In this document: positions 41,616-42,381 of the stretch, piece by piece | Position numbering within the stretch: position 1 is the first letter of the stretch | Layout: each line of letters starts with the position of its first letter | From: Candidatus Nanoarchaeia archaeon | GTDB taxonomy: Archaea; Nanobdellota; Nanobdellia; Woesearchaeales; ARS49 | Assembly: GCA_041484255.1 (NCBI GenBank) | Contig: JBGPHE010000002.1 | Location: forward strand, 1 to 42,381 | Direction of reading: 5' to 3' | DNA length: 42,381 nt | Translations under genes and position numbers: made by a program | Notes under the pieces: model-generated | The model's input: the letters and a program-made list of their open reading frames with translations, nothing else | Database searches by the model: none | What the model was told of the DNA's origin: nothing

Positions 41616-42381
41616 ACGCGTCCAGCAGGACAAGGAAAGCGGGCTGAATGCTATTCTCGTCATTGATTCCTTGCAGGCGAACACGCGCGCGTGCGGCGGT
41701 ATCCGCATCACGCCTGACATTTCTATTGAAGAAACGCGGCTTATCGCGCGTTCGATGAGCGAAAAGTATGCATTGTTTGGATTTTCCAAGAGCGGCGGCG
41801 CAAAGGCGTCCATCGCGATTCCCGATGACGCGACTCCAGAGCAGAAAAAGCGCATCCTGCAGGCGTTTGCGCTCAAGAACAAGGATTTGCTGCGCTCGCG
41901 CGCGTTGATCCCATGGATGGACATGGGCACGTCGCACGAAGACATTCGCACAGTACTTGATGCAGCAGGAATGCCGCACTATCCATTGGAAAACTGCGGC
42001 GCAACGACCGCGTGGTCGGTCTTTGGCAGCATTCTGGGCGTTGCAGACGCTCTCAAGGTCAAAATGAGCGAGTCCACCGCAGCATTGGAAGGCTTCGGCA
42101 ACGTCGGCGGAGCGCTCGCAGAGGAATTGGCGCACGCAGGAACGAAAATAATCGCGATAAGCACCTCGCACGGCGCGATTTACGATCCCAAAGGTCTTCC
42201 CGTCGATGAATTGCTCGTGCTGCGCAGCAAGCACGGCCCTGCGTTTGTCAAGCATACGCGCTTCAAGACGATTTCACACAAAGAACTGCTTGAATTGCCC
42301 GTCACGTTCCTGATTCCCGGCGCGCGTCCGCACAGCATTACCGCAGAACTGAACGTACACGCACAAGCAATCGTTCCTGCG
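41602..42381 (+). CDS. Glu/Leu/Phe/Val (ELFV) amino-acid dehydrogenase-family protein, 3'-truncated by the window edge. It is absent from the ORF track.
   Basis: I translated it by hand and it is open for 260 codons to the window end. The product is MSVLERVQQDKESGLNAILVIDSLQANTRACGGIRITPDISIEETRLIARSMSEKYALFGFSKSGGAKASI... followed by the Rossmann motif LEGFGNVGGALAEELAHAGTKIIAIS. It overlaps the upstream gene by 14 nt. Confidence 0.7.
   Translation, partial: MSVLERVQQDKESGLNAILVIDSLQANTRACGGIRITPDISIEETRLIARSMSEKYALFGFSKSGGAKASIAIPDDATPEQKKRILQAFALKNKDLLRSRALIPWMDMGTSHEDIRTVLDAAGMPHYPLENCGATTAWSVFGSILGVADALKVKMSESTAALEGFGNVGGALAEELAHAGTKIIAISTSHGAIYDPKGLPVDELLVLRSKHGPAFVKHTRFKTISHKELLELPVTFLIPGARPHSITAELNVHAQAIVPA

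Overview
This is a GC-rich (~60%) archaeal chromosomal segment. The evidence for Archaea is FtsZ, an ATP-dependent DNA ligase, long-form ribosomal protein S15, Dph5 and Dph2, an AglB/STT3 oligosaccharyltransferase, a Hel308-type helicase, tRNAs without encoded CCA, and TATA boxes about 26-29 nt upstream of most start codons, which implies leaderless mRNAs. Several genes are joined by ATGA or GTGA stop/start overlaps.

The first 18.7 kb holds two tandem giant genes. The first is more than 2,900 aa and is cut by the 5' window edge. The second is 3,299 aa. Both encode C-terminally membrane-anchored surface proteins built from LamG, parallel beta-helix and DUF11 modules, and the second also carries a subtilisin head. 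Both ectodomains are saturated with N-x-S/T sequons. The oligosaccharyltransferase aglB and a polyprenol-kinase-like gene lie immediately downstream.

The rest of the window mixes housekeeping genes with accessory content.
- **Housekeeping:** lig, ftsZ, rps15, dph5 and five tRNAs.
- **Glycan-synthesis genes:** rmlA and rmlB plus a plant/giant-virus-type NRS/ER epimerase-reductase, a PAP2 phosphatase, and an Alg14-Alg13-CapK/PaaK-like-ELFV dehydrogenase operon.
- **Atypical for an archaeon:** a GGDEF-family cyclase operon and a PlsX-like gene.
- **Fragment genes:** an 84-aa Dph2 N-terminal fragment and a Hel308 lacking its RecA1 half, each directly beside a tRNA.

Two coding regions are missed or shortened by the ORF track. 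The first giant gene is open from base 1, and a Glu/Leu/Phe/Val-dehydrogenase-like gene runs from 41602 off the 3' edge. The many long antisense or alternate-frame ORFs in the track are composition artefacts. All family assignments rest on motifs read by eye. No database search was run.
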